Source: a virus (taxonomy: Duplodnaviria; Caudoviricetes). Taken from it: a DNA stretch of 56,547 bases. The stretch is from IMG/VR virus record IMGVR_UViG_3300034116_000182, positions 1 through 56,547 of that record; one strand, written 5' to 3'. This document shows, one piece after another, positions 10,299 through 18,643 of the stretch. The notes under the pieces are model-generated. The model ran no database searches and was not told where the DNA came from. It was given only the letters and a program-made list of their open reading frames with translations. The position numbers and the translations under genes were made by a program. Position 1 is the stretch's first letter. Each line of letters begins with the position of its first letter.

Positions 10299-11090
10299 TC
10301 ACTCTCCAAATTTGTTTTTGAGTTTCCAAAATGTCAGCAAAGCTTGAAACATTGCCCAACCGCGCTGAAGCTCTTCTTCCGACCACTCGTGGATCTTGAT
10401 CAAACCGTGGTTAGAAGCCGATGCAAACACGTTTGCGCACCGTGCATTAGGTAGACCTAGGCCAATGCGATACGCCGCCAACTGCATGAGGTTTTCATCG
10501 TATGCAGGGATGTCATCGTCAACGTCAAACTCTTTGGTCTTGGCGTCCAAAACGATGCCCAAAGGGGTGTCTTGGGACTGCTCTGTGAACAGGTCAGTCT
10601 TACCGCCGAAACCCAACTCATGAGAGAACGAGATCTCCGTCTTCCATTCTTGGAATGGGTGGGTCTTGAAGTGGTTGAACACTGACTCTTCGAAAGCTTT
10701 AGCAATCGCGACGTGCTCAACGTTCTTGTCACCACCGTACCAACGCTCGATAGACTCGTGGATACGGGTGCCACGTTCTGCGGCTCGTTTACCAGTCTCT
10801 TTGGAGTCGGCTACCACGCGAGCGATAAACTCCTTCTCAGTTTCTCCGCTGACCTTTGGAAGGGTAAGCGCCGCCAACAGGAGTTGCTCGTTCTTCCAGA
10901 CGTCTAAACCGGGCTTGGCGGCGATTTTCATCACCGTTGTGACCGACGGTACCAAATTCATCTTTCGAGCGTCCCTGAGCGTTGTAGGACGGTTTGAGCC
11001 ATCCTTTGCAGGTACTGTGTACTGTGGCTTACCGTCGTCAGCACGATACCAATGCACAGACTCCGCCGATCTAGCAATGATTGTTGTCAT
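10299..11090 (-). CDS. PD-(D/E)XK-family phage exonuclease
   Basis: PSVTTV...KPGL..W, AERGTRIHE, GKTDL...LDAKTK, QLAAY motifs. Confidence 0.85.
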   Translation of the reverse strand: MTTIIARSAESVHWYRADDGKPQYTVPAKDGSNRPTTLRDARKMNLVPSVTTVMKIAAKPGLDVWKNEQLLLAALTLPKVSGETEKEFIARVVADSKETGKRAAERGTRIHESIERWYGGDKNVEHVAIAKAFEESVFNHFKTHPFQEWKTEISFSHELGFGGKTDLFTEQSQDTPLGIVLDAKTKEFDVDDDIPAYDENLMQLAAYRIGLGLPNARCANVFASASNHGLIKIHEWSEEELQRGWAMFQALLTFWKLKNKFGE

Positions 11091-11099
11091 GGTTGTTCC

Positions 11100-11744
11100 T
11101 TAAAAGGGGATGTCTTCGTCGTCTTCAAAGGACGGTGCCTTAGACGCTTGCTGTGGAGTTGCTTTACCTTGGAGCTTTTCCCACTCAGGTGAGGCCATGA
11201 TTTTCTTCTTCAGGTTATCGCTGAAGCTTTGGAACATCACCATGTCGGGCTCGTTCAGAATGAACATTTCATTGGTGTTGATTGCGGCGGGGAGTCCTGC
11301 GTTTTTAATGACTGCGGGAACAGGGGATACGCCTGCGACGTTCACATACATTTTATTGTCTGCGCCGGGCTTCTCAATCACGTTCAGCATGCACCATGCA
11401 CCTAGTACGTTCTTGAGGTCAAAACGACGCATCTCTTCCTGCGTGAAGGGCTTACCGCGCCATGACTGTAGGTCTGCACGAAGGTTTGCTTTCTCTGCCC
11501 ATGAGAACGTGTAGTTCTTGAACATAGCAAACGGGCGACCATCTTTCATTTTGATGGGTGTACCGTCGTCATTCACACCGTGGACTTCCCATCCAAGCAT
11601 GATTTTGTGAAGGAGTTTGCTAACGCCCATGTACTCTGATTTTTGAGTACCAAGGTCAATGATTCGGTAGCAACGTGCTAGGTGCATACCTGAGGGTGTG
11701 GATTCGAAAGAACCGCCCTTGTCTTCAACAATAAAACTGCTCAT
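11100..11744 (-). CDS. Single-stranded DNA-binding/replication protein
   Basis: Acidic C-terminal EDDEDIPF tail; GMHLARCYRIIDLGTQ N-terminus; next to exonuclease; ATG at 11744 overlaps the upstream TGA. Confidence 0.75.
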   Translation of the reverse strand: MSSFIVEDKGGSFESTPSGMHLARCYRIIDLGTQKSEYMGVSKLLHKIMLGWEVHGVNDDGTPIKMKDGRPFAMFKNYTFSWAEKANLRADLQSWRGKPFTQEEMRRFDLKNVLGAWCMLNVIEKPGADNKMYVNVAGVSPVPAVIKNAGLPAAINTNEMFILNEPDMVMFQSFSDNLKKKIMASPEWEKLQGKATPQQASKAPSFEDDEDIPF

Positions 11745-11836
11745 ACATTTCTCCAGATAAAAACGTCCAACAGGACAACAAACGCGCCGATAGCGCATAT
11801 AACGAATAACACTTTGTCTTCTAGGTCGTAACCCAT
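11741..11836 (-). CDS. 31-aa single-TM membrane peptide (MGYDLEDKVLFVICAIGAFVVLLDVFIWRNV)
   Basis: Read by hand; AAGGAG RBS; first gene after the leftward promoter; ATGA coupling to SSB. Confidence 0.75.
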   Translation of the reverse strand: MGYDLEDKVLFVICAIGAFVVLLDVFIWRNV

Positions 11837-11847
11837 AATTTCTCCTT

Positions 11848-11888
11848 AACCGACAACATTGTCGTGCCAGAACTATAACACAGAATTA
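11848..11888 (-). promoter_or_regulatory. Leftward early promoter with TAAY-N5-GTTA box and leader hairpin
   Basis: Minus strand TAATTCTGTGTTA overlapping extended -10 TGTTATAGT, then CACGAC-AATGTT-GTCGGTT. Confidence 0.75.
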
Positions 11889-11920
11889 AAGCCTGCAACA
11901 TCTTTTTTTATCTTGCTCTG

Positions 11921-11937
11921 TAACGCCAAGTTACGAT
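11921..11937 (+). promoter_or_regulatory. Rightward promoter/operator of the Cro-like gene
   Basis: TAACGCCAAGTTA overlapping -10 TACGAT. Confidence 0.65.
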
Positions 11938-11949
11938 ATAGTGTGCCAA

Positions 11950-12150
11950 ATGACACTTACTGAATACTTTTCGACCGAACCAAGGGGAGCTAAATCAGAG
12001 ATGGCGGAGTACCTTCGCATATCTCCTACGTGGCTATCCTTGATCATGAATGGGAGCCGAAAGGCTTCTCCTGAGCTATCACTGAGGATTGAACAGGCAA
12101 CACAAGGTCTGGTTAAACGGACTGAGTTGCGCCCTGATATTTTCTTGTGA
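11950..12150 (+). CDS. Cro/YdaS-like helix-turn-helix regulator
   Basis: SEMAEYLRISPTWLSLIMNG...RIEQATQGLV..ELRPDIF is a typical YdaS/Cro pattern; divergent from the recombination operon. Confidence 0.85.
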   Translation: MTLTEYFSTEPRGAKSEMAEYLRISPTWLSLIMNGSRKASPELSLRIEQATQGLVKRTELRPDIFL

Positions 12151-12162
12151 TACGATAAAACC

Positions 12163-12265
12163 ATTGCTTGGCGGCAATTTTTGAGTAAGCCCTAGACGGG
12201 ACTCTGCTGGTACTCACCAGTCCGCCAACATCGAAAGATGAGAGTCTCGCCTAGGGCTTTTTTTT
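12163..12265 (+). ncRNA. C4-antisense-like structured RNA/attenuator 1
   Basis: Promoter TTGCGC-N18-TACGAT; 5' hairpin loop TTGGCGG; three-way junction closed by AAGCCCTAG/CTAGGGCTT plus T-tract, with CCGCCAA in the junction. Confidence 0.7.
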
Positions 12266-12279
12266 CCTTTGGAGCAATT

Positions 12280-13068
12280 ATGAAAATATTAAAGTTTAGC
12301 CAGATCCGAATTGACGGTGGCACACAAATGCGTGTTTCGATTAACCAAGATAAAGTTTCCGAGTACGCTGAGAAGATGCGTGAAGACGCAAAGTTCCCTC
12401 CTATCAAGGCGACGTTTGACGGTACGGTTTATTGGCTGTATGACGGTTTCCACCGTTACTTTGCGGCTCAGTCAGCAGGGTTCACCACCATTGAGGTGGA
12501 CTATAAGCCCGGAACGATGGAGGACGCACAAGACCTCGCATTGAGAGCCAACAACGAGCACGGTCTGCCACGTACCAACGAAGACAAGCGCAAGTCAGTT
12601 GAAACCGCTCTGTCCTATGAGCGCCACGCCAAAAAGTCTGACCGTGAGATTGGCAGATTGTGCGATGTGTCTCACACACTGGTTGCCGCTGTCCGTAACC
12701 CTGAGATCAGAAAACAACAAGCCAAGAACTACGTCAAGCACCTTGAGAAGGTCGTTGCCGAAGATAGTGGCAACAACTCCACTGGCAACAACTCCACTCC
12801 AGATCCCAAAGTGGAGTTGACTCAGGACTACGGCCCTGACGAGCAAGAGCTAAAAGCCAACGAGTTAGCACAGCAAGCCGACCTTGAGGCGATGAACAAG
12901 CTGTTGGAGTCTGACGACGCACTGTCTACGGCACACGCAGAGGTCAAGAGACTTAATCATTTAGTTTCCCAATTGCAAGTTCGTATCTCTGTGTTGATGC
13001 GCGAGAAGAACGCCGCCATCGACATGGTCAAAGAGTATCAAGCTAAAGAGAAAAAGGCCAAAAAATGA
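12280..13068 (+). CDS. ParB/Srx N-terminal domain protein with HTH and coiled coil
   Basis: FPPI..TFDG..YWLYDGFHRY.AA motif; SDREIGRLCDVSHTLV HTH; GGAG RBS before ATG 12280. Confidence 0.8.
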   Translation: MKILKFSQIRIDGGTQMRVSINQDKVSEYAEKMREDAKFPPIKATFDGTVYWLYDGFHRYFAAQSAGFTTIEVDYKPGTMEDAQDLALRANNEHGLPRTNEDKRKSVETALSYERHAKKSDREIGRLCDVSHTLVAAVRNPEIRKQQAKNYVKHLEKVVAEDSGNNSTGNNSTPDPKVELTQDYGPDEQELKANELAQQADLEAMNKLLESDDALSTAHAEVKRLNHLVSQLQVRISVLMREKNAAIDMVKEYQAKEKKAKK

Positions 13069-14588
13069 ACGCAGTCCTAGCACCGAGTGAGTGTGATGAT
13101 GGATTCCCCGAACCACGCGCATTCCAAATTGATGCCCACCAACAACTCCGTCAGGGGTTTCGTGAGGGGCATAAGAACCAACTGATCATGGCCCCCACGG
13201 GTGCCGGCAAAACTTACCTTGGCCTTCGTATCTGCAATGAAGCGATGCAAAAGGGCAAGAAGGCAGTGTTCCTATGTGATCGCACGACGCTGATCAATCA
13301 AACCTCTGAGGTGGCGTCCGCCTATGGTTTAGATGACCACGGTGTGATTCAAGCCAATCATTGGAAGCGCCGACCTGACAAACTGCTACAGATTGCCTCT
13401 GTGCAGACCATTGCCAAACGTGCGTACTGGCCTGCTCTTGACGTGTTGGTGATCGACGAAGCTCACACGATGTACAAGCCTTGGGTGGAGTACGCGCAGA
13501 GCACTGGAGCGGCTGTCATTGGTCTGTCTGCGACGCCGTTCTCTACAGGCTTGGGAAAGGTGTTCTCAAACCTCATAAACGCCACCACAATGCACGAACT
13601 CACGCAGTCTGGGGTGTTGGTGCCTATGCGGATATTTTCTTGCACAAAGCCCGATATGGCTGGCGCGGCTACCGCAGGCGGTGAGTGGACAGACAAAGCG
13701 GCTGAAGAGCGCGGTATGGCGATTGTTGGCGACGTTGTGACTGAGTGGCTACGCTTTGCTGAGAACCGCAAGACCATCGTGTTCGGCGCCACCATCAAGC
13801 ACTGCGAAGAGTTAGCCCAACAGTTCATCAATCAAGGCGTGATGGCGGCTGTGTTCACGTCACATACGACACCAAAAGAGCGCGAGTTGTTGCTTGACGA
13901 ATACCGCAAGCACGACAGCCACCTGAAGATACTGATTTCGGTGGAAGCGTTAGCCAAAGGCTTTGACGTTCCTGACGTCGGTTGCGTGTGTGATGCACGA
14001 CCACTGCGCAAGTCACTGAGCACTGCAATCCAGATGTGGGGACGTGGCCTGCGGTCGTCGCCTGACACTGGGAAAAAGGACTGCTACTTGCTGGACTTCA
14101 GCGGCAACATCGTTCGCTTTGCTGAAGACTTTACCGACGTGTTTTTTAACGGTTTGGACAAGCTGGACGACGGTGAGAAGCTCGACAAGAAAATCCGTAA
14201 GGACGAGGACTATGAACTTAAGGGTTGCCCCAAGTGTGGCTATTCTCCGTTCACCAAGCGGTGCATGGGTTGCGGGTACGAGCGCCCTAGTAAGCAGATG
14301 GAAAAAGCCATCGATGGACAGATGACCGAGATTTTTATCGGTGAGGGTAAGAACAAGAAAAAGCTCGCTGACAACGCAGAGCATTTGTGGCATCAAGTTG
14401 TTGCGTATGCAAAGGTTCATAGCGCACCTGAGAAGCAACAAGGTCGTGCCTATCACTTGTTTAAGAAAATCACTGGGCTTGAGCCGACGTGGAGGTTCAC
14501 CACTGCACCTATGGTGGAGATCTCTCGCAACGTACACAACAAGATTCAGCAGATGAACATCGCGTACAAGAAGGGAGTGGGACGATGA
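13065..14588 (+). CDS. Superfamily 2 DNA helicase with C-terminal Zn finger
   Basis: Walker A APTGAGKT, DEAH, GLSATP, GFDVP, QMWGRGLR, CPKC..CMGC. Confidence 0.93.
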   Translation: MNAVLAPSECDDGFPEPRAFQIDAHQQLRQGFREGHKNQLIMAPTGAGKTYLGLRICNEAMQKGKKAVFLCDRTTLINQTSEVASAYGLDDHGVIQANHWKRRPDKLLQIASVQTIAKRAYWPALDVLVIDEAHTMYKPWVEYAQSTGAAVIGLSATPFSTGLGKVFSNLINATTMHELTQSGVLVPMRIFSCTKPDMAGAATAGGEWTDKAAEERGMAIVGDVVTEWLRFAENRKTIVFGATIKHCEELAQQFINQGVMAAVFTSHTTPKERELLLDEYRKHDSHLKILISVEALAKGFDVPDVGCVCDARPLRKSLSTAIQMWGRGLRSSPDTGKKDCYLLDFSGNIVRFAEDFTDVFFNGLDKLDDGEKLDKKIRKDEDYELKGCPKCGYSPFTKRCMGCGYERPSKQMEKAIDGQMTEIFIGEGKNKKKLADNAEHLWHQVVAYAKVHSAPEKQQGRAYHLFKKITGLEPTWRFTTAPMVEISRNVHNKIQQMNIAYKKGVGR

Positions 14589-15457
14589 GCTTCATTCTTT
14601 TTGCACGAGCACACGGTGTAGACATTGAGCCAAGCAAGTTGTTTCCCTCTGATCGTATCCGTCGCTGTGGGACTATCGAGAAGCCACGTTCTGGCAATGG
14701 CGCCTACTTCTGGGACGGTCAGCGTGGGTGGGTTATGGACTGGTCAGGCGAAGCTCGCGTGATCTGGTTTGAAGATCCTAATGCGGCACCTTGGACGGAC
14801 GAACAAAAGCGCGAATGGATGGACAAGCGCCGTGCGCAGAATGCATCACGCGATACAGAGTACGACAAAGCCGCTCAGAAGGCGTATACGACGTTAAACA
14901 AGGCGAAGCTAGCCAAGCATGACTACCTGCACTTGAAGGGCTTCCCAGACCTTGAGGGGCTTGTTCTGGAGGATTCTTTGCTGGTGCCTATGCGCAACGT
15001 GGTGACAAACAATTTGCAAGGCTATCAGCGGATCTACTGGGATGCTGAAAACCGCAAGTGGGAAAAGAAAATGCTGTTGGGCATGCGAGCGAAAAACGGC
15101 GTGATGTTCATGGGCGATAGAAAGGCTTCAGAGGTCTGGTTGTGCGAAGGGTATGCCACAGGGTTGTCTATCCACGCCGCGCTCCGTAGCGTCGGTTTAA
15201 AGGCGTCTGTGGTGGTTTGTTTCTCAGCATCAAACATGGTGGCTGTGGCTGACCAGATCAAAGGTGATCGATTCATCTTTGCTGACAACGACGAGAGCAA
15301 GACTGGTGAAGAGTTTGCTGGCAAGACTGGCCTACCTTGGACGATGGCTGACACCGTGGGTTTTGATGCTAATGATTTGCATAAAAGCAACGGGTTGTTT
15401 GCATTGGTCGGAAAGATTATGGGATTGCGAAATAAAGTGATGTTGCAGGCGGCTTGA
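14585..15457 (+). CDS. TOPRIM-domain DNA primase
   Basis: CEGYATGLS, FADND, GFDANDLH motifs; ATGA coupling to the helicase. Confidence 0.85.
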   Translation: MSFILFARAHGVDIEPSKLFPSDRIRRCGTIEKPRSGNGAYFWDGQRGWVMDWSGEARVIWFEDPNAAPWTDEQKREWMDKRRAQNASRDTEYDKAAQKAYTTLNKAKLAKHDYLHLKGFPDLEGLVLEDSLLVPMRNVVTNNLQGYQRIYWDAENRKWEKKMLLGMRAKNGVMFMGDRKASEVWLCEGYATGLSIHAALRSVGLKASVVVCFSASNMVAVADQIKGDRFIFADNDESKTGEEFAGKTGLPWTMADTVGFDANDLHKSNGLFALVGKIMGLRNKVMLQAA

Positions 15458-15517
15458 TGTATATTGTGGGTGTGGTTACCGCAGTTGCCACATTTTTTTG
15501 GTTCTCCATTTGAGTTT

Positions 15518-15552
15518 CCCCCTTCACCTCAGACGTGAAGGGGTTTTTTTTT
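15518..15552 (+). terminator. Rho-independent terminator after primase
   Basis: CCCCTTCAC-CTCAGAC-GTGAAGGGG followed by T9. Confidence 0.9.
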
Positions 15553-15560
15553 GATACCTC

Positions 15561-15591
15561 TTGACACGTCTTGAAATACTGTGGTTATAAT
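15561..15591 (+). promoter_or_regulatory. Sigma70-type promoter upstream of the non-coding region
   Basis: TTGACA-N19-TATAAT: perfect hexamers with a long spacer. Confidence 0.65.
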
Positions 15592-15597
15592 TTGCTC

Positions 15598-15688
15598 GTT
15601 GTCGTAGTGGTCAACAATCTTGAAGCCGTTTACACATGCCTCGCCCCGTCTGGGGAACCACTACGGGGCAGTTGTAAGCGGCTTTTTT
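15598..15688 (+). ncRNA. C4-antisense-like structured RNA/attenuator 2
   Basis: 5' hairpin loop CGTAGTGGT is complementary to ACCACTACG inside a multistem closed by AAGCCGTTTACA/TGTAAGCGGCTT plus T-tract. Confidence 0.68.
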
Positions 15689-15689
15689 A

Positions 15690-15930
15690 TTTCCTCTACC
15701 CATCCGTACTCCGCACGTTAGCAAGCACCCCAGTCGTGGTGGCGCGGAAGGAAAGCGTACACGGTATGACCTAGGTCTAGGGGGCAGTTCCCGAACAATC
15801 CGTGCGACTGGTCGAATCATCAAGTCGGGGGTTTTGCGCAAGCAAACATGATGATCCCGTATAGCGGGGGTGAAGCACCTAATCTCTCTCTTACTCCACT
15901 CGTGGGGTAGGGGGGGTCTTTGGGTGAAAG
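15690..15930 (+). ncRNA. Putative ~240-nt structured RNA of unknown function
   Basis: No credible ORF; multiple stems, a GCAA tetraloop, and a long G-U-rich terminal hairpin that pairs only as the + strand RNA. Confidence 0.55.
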
Positions 15931-15996
15931 GATTGATAAGGGATGTAGGTGTATCAAAAAGTTTGGGGTCGATCCTTTTTTTTTGGTTACAAACTG

Positions 15997-16036
15997 TAAT
16001 TCTGTGTTAGAGTGTGATCACCACAATGAGTGGGTT
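15997..16036 (+). promoter_or_regulatory. Early promoter with TAAY-N5-GTTA box and leader hairpin
   Basis: TAATTCTGTGTTA / -10 TAGAGT, then CACCAC-AATGA-GTGGGTT. Confidence 0.7.
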
Positions 16037-16049
16037 TAAGGAGAATGAA

Positions 16050-16262
16050 ATGATTGATAAAAAACGTTTTTACATTTTTGACTGCAACAACAAGATGCTT
16101 GGCAATCCGTTTGGATACAAGACGCATGGCGCGGCGCAAGCTCAAACGAGTCGTCGCGGTGGCACAGTGCGTAGCTACATCTGGCATGCGTTCAACAAGG
16201 GGAGGATTGCAGATCCCAGCACCACTTTGGTTTACTCCATCAAGATTGGAGAGTTGGTATGA
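16050..16262 (+). CDS. Hypothetical protein
   Basis: AAGGAG RBS; first gene after the promoter. Confidence 0.7.
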   Translation: MIDKKRFYIFDCNNKMLGNPFGYKTHGAAQAQTSRRGGTVRSYIWHAFNKGRIADPSTTLVYSIKIGELV

Positions 16263-17062
16263 ACCCAAAGGTTGCAGATTTAGCATCAAAGGTTGGGTTT
16301 GATGCCGCCGATTACACATGGTTTGACTTTTCAGAACTTGGTGATCATGCCGATGAAGAGCTTAAAAGCGTTGGACAACAATATGGATGGCACAAACAGA
16401 TGATGCATCTTGATCAGTTTTTGACTCCATCTGATCACATGGCGGTTATACAACCAGCATGGCCTGACATTGCATTTACCTACGATAAATACATCAAATT
16501 TGGTGGTTATGAGGGAGCCGCCGCCATGCTGTGGACAAACGATGGGTTTGAATCTCCGTTGGCAATAGTTACGGAAAAGCGGGTTCGTGTTGTTGGCGCT
16601 GAAGATGAAGATGGAACAAATGTTGTGATCCATCAAAAACTTATGGAGGCGTCAAAACGCGGCGGTATGACGGAGCATGATGCTATGAAACTTTATGAAG
16701 ACGCCTGCATCAGCGCGGTTAACTACGCTTGTTTGATTAACTTACGTGCGCATACCACTGAGCAGGTAGTTACCGCGCACATGGCAAAAGGGTTGGAGTT
16801 CATTAACCGCAAGCGTAGGGCAAAGCACCAACCGTTGGTGTACTCGTGGAACACAATTGAATTAAAGCCAGACGCGCAGGTCAAGCAACCTTACAAGGGC
16901 GGTACACACGCAAGCCCAGCCCGTCACAAGCGACGCGCTCATATGAGGCGTTTAAGCGCAGGTGGCTTTACATGGATCCCTGAGATGTGGGTAGGTAGCA
17001 TTGAGAACGGACTGATCGTGCATGACTACGTTGCTGATCGTGAATTGAAAGGAAAAGCATGA
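16259..17062 (+). CDS. Hypothetical phage protein, 267 aa
   Basis: C-terminal SPARHKRRAHMRR...WVG motif seen in many phage proteins; ATGA overlaps at both ends. Confidence 0.75.
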   Translation: MNPKVADLASKVGFDAADYTWFDFSELGDHADEELKSVGQQYGWHKQMMHLDQFLTPSDHMAVIQPAWPDIAFTYDKYIKFGGYEGAAAMLWTNDGFESPLAIVTEKRVRVVGAEDEDGTNVVIHQKLMEASKRGGMTEHDAMKLYEDACISAVNYACLINLRAHTTEQVVTAHMAKGLEFINRKRRAKHQPLVYSWNTIELKPDAQVKQPYKGGTHASPARHKRRAHMRRLSAGGFTWIPEMWVGSIENGLIVHDYVADRELKGKA

Positions 17063-17532
17063 CCGAAAGAGAAGCATTGAAGCTGGCGCTAGATGCCTTG
17101 GAAACATCTATGTATCCGCAACAAAAACAATTGCAAGCCATCACCGCCATCAAAGAAGCCTTGGAACAGCCAGAGCAATATACAACGGATGCCATGAAAG
17201 TGCGACAAGCAGTAGCGCAAGCATTGCATGATGATGTTTATGCCGAAGAATTGGAGCAACCTGAAGCAAAACAATCTGGCACTATTTCTATAACCATGCC
17301 AGCACCCGTTGCATACCTTTGTGAAAACGCGGTAGGTCATAAATACTTTAGATGGAAAAAGCCATCAAGTACATATAAGCCGATACCGCTCTACACCACC
17401 CCACCACAGCGCAATCCGCTGACGGATGAGGAGATAGGCGCAATCCTTGAAGACACTAACGCCTTTGGAACACGGCTATATACATTTGCCCGAGCCATTG
17501 AAGCCGCACACGGCATTAAGGGGGAAGCATGA
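17059..17532 (+). CDS. Hypothetical protein (mosaic small phage modules)
   Basis: REALKLALDALE, PVAY, PLYTTPPQR, PLTDEEI...FARAIEAAHGI modules typical of proteobacterial phages. Confidence 0.75.
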   Translation: MTEREALKLALDALETSMYPQQKQLQAITAIKEALEQPEQYTTDAMKVRQAVAQALHDDVYAEELEQPEAKQSGTISITMPAPVAYLCENAVGHKYFRWKKPSSTYKPIPLYTTPPQRNPLTDEEIGAILEDTNAFGTRLYTFARAIEAAHGIKGEA

Positions 17533-17807
17533 CCGAAGAGCAAGAACGCGAAGAGCTAATCGTTCAGCGCCGTGCTCAGGCATTCATCTTGGATGGATGT
17601 CCCAATGAAGATGCATACGAGCTTGCATGGACTTTGGCTTTGCGTGACCGTGAGCAAGGCATGGACGACAGGCGGATCTGCTTCGAGTGCAAGCACTACG
17701 TCAACAAAAGGTGCAATGTGATCCTCGACAGAAAAGGTTACCCCTCACAGCAGTTGCGATTCATTCTGCAACGATGCCCCAAATTCACAATCAAAGGAAA
17801 GAAATGA
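17529..17807 (+). CDS. Hypothetical Cys-rich protein, 92 aa
   Basis: DDRRICFEC...C...LQRC.F motif; coupled genes. Confidence 0.7.
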   Translation: MTEEQEREELIVQRRAQAFILDGCPNEDAYELAWTLALRDREQGMDDRRICFECKHYVNKRCNVILDRKGYPSQQLRFILQRCPKFTIKGKK

Positions 17808-18268
17808 AACGCATAGGAATTGACCCCGGCTTGTCGGGTGCCATCGTCATCATCGACGACAACAAAACACCGATTGAGTGGACAGCGATGCCCACCATGA
17901 AAACAGGATCAGCTAACAGGGTGAACGCTTCTGCATTGGCGGCGTTCATTCGCCCACACCTGTACGGCGATGAAAAGATCTTTGCATACGTGGAGTTGGT
18001 TTCCAGCATGCCCAAGCAAGGTGTAGCGTCGATGTTCTCGTTTGGACACTCAGCAGGGGTCATACAAGGCGTTTTGGGCGCGTTTGAGATACCAGTGACT
18101 ATGGTGACCCCAAACATGTGGAAAACACGCGCTAGGCTGATTGGGCAGGACAAAGACGCATCAAGGGTGAAAGCAATCCAGATGTACCCACATTGGAGGG
18201 ATCTGGACAAGAAGGGTAAGGGTCAAGCTTTGGCTGACGCAACATTGATAGCAATTTACGGGATGTGA
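17804..18268 (+). CDS. ruvC: RuvC-like Holliday junction resolvase
   Basis: IGIDPG.SGAI, E, GVASMFSFG, P..WK, ADA.LIA catalytic pattern. Confidence 0.85.
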   Translation: MKRIGIDPGLSGAIVIIDDNKTPIEWTAMPTMKTGSANRVNASALAAFIRPHLYGDEKIFAYVELVSSMPKQGVASMFSFGHSAGVIQGVLGAFEIPVTMVTPNMWKTRARLIGQDKDASRVKAIQMYPHWRDLDKKGKGQALADATLIAIYGM

Positions 18269-18269
18269 T

Positions 18270-18503
18270 ATGGAAATGAATGAATGGGAAAAAGCAATGG
18301 GCTGGCGCAAGCGTCAGATGGTCAAGGCGCAAGTTATTTGGGCAGAACGAATCAACAAAGTATTTGACCCAGATTACAACTACGAGCGCGACATGCGCAA
18401 CCGAACGCTAGAGGAGGTAGCGAAGGCGGTGTACGACTTCAAAGCTTTTGAGAAGGACACGATGGATAGCTTCGCGACATACATACGGAGCATGAAACGA
18501 TGA
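18270..18503 (+). CDS. Hypothetical protein, 77 aa
   Basis: RNRTLEEVA motif; in operon. Confidence 0.65.
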   Translation: MEMNEWEKAMGWRKRQMVKAQVIWAERINKVFDPDYNYERDMRNRTLEEVAKAVYDFKAFEKDTMDSFATYIRSMKR

Positions 18504-18643
18504 ACGAAAAAAAGACCTGTCAGGTGTGCCGACTCCGCCCTGCAGAAGTTAAAGGCAAGAACAGTAGGGGCGCTCCACAGTGGCGCTGTATTACGTGCCA
18601 TGAACTAAAAAATCGAGTCGGTTTTACAAAAGGAAAATCATGA
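18500..18643 (+). CDS. 47-aa Zn-ribbon protein
   Basis: Read by hand: CQVC...CITC; ATGA overlaps at both ends. Confidence 0.7.
   Translation: MNEKKTCQVCRLRPAEVKGKNSRGAPQWRCITCHELKNRVGFTKGKS

Noticed and set aside
10299-11090. Cas4 as part of a CRISPR system
   Set aside because: PD-(D/E)XK nuclease next to SSB without the four-Cys cluster; ordinary phage exonuclease.
12163-12265. tRNA gene
   Set aside because: Multistem shape but no T-loop or D-loop consensus and no acceptor/CCA arrangement.
15571-15841. Short ORFs 15571-15774 (+) and 15611-15841 (-)
   Set aside because: No RBS, they overlap a promoter and terminator, and the region is better explained as structured RNA.
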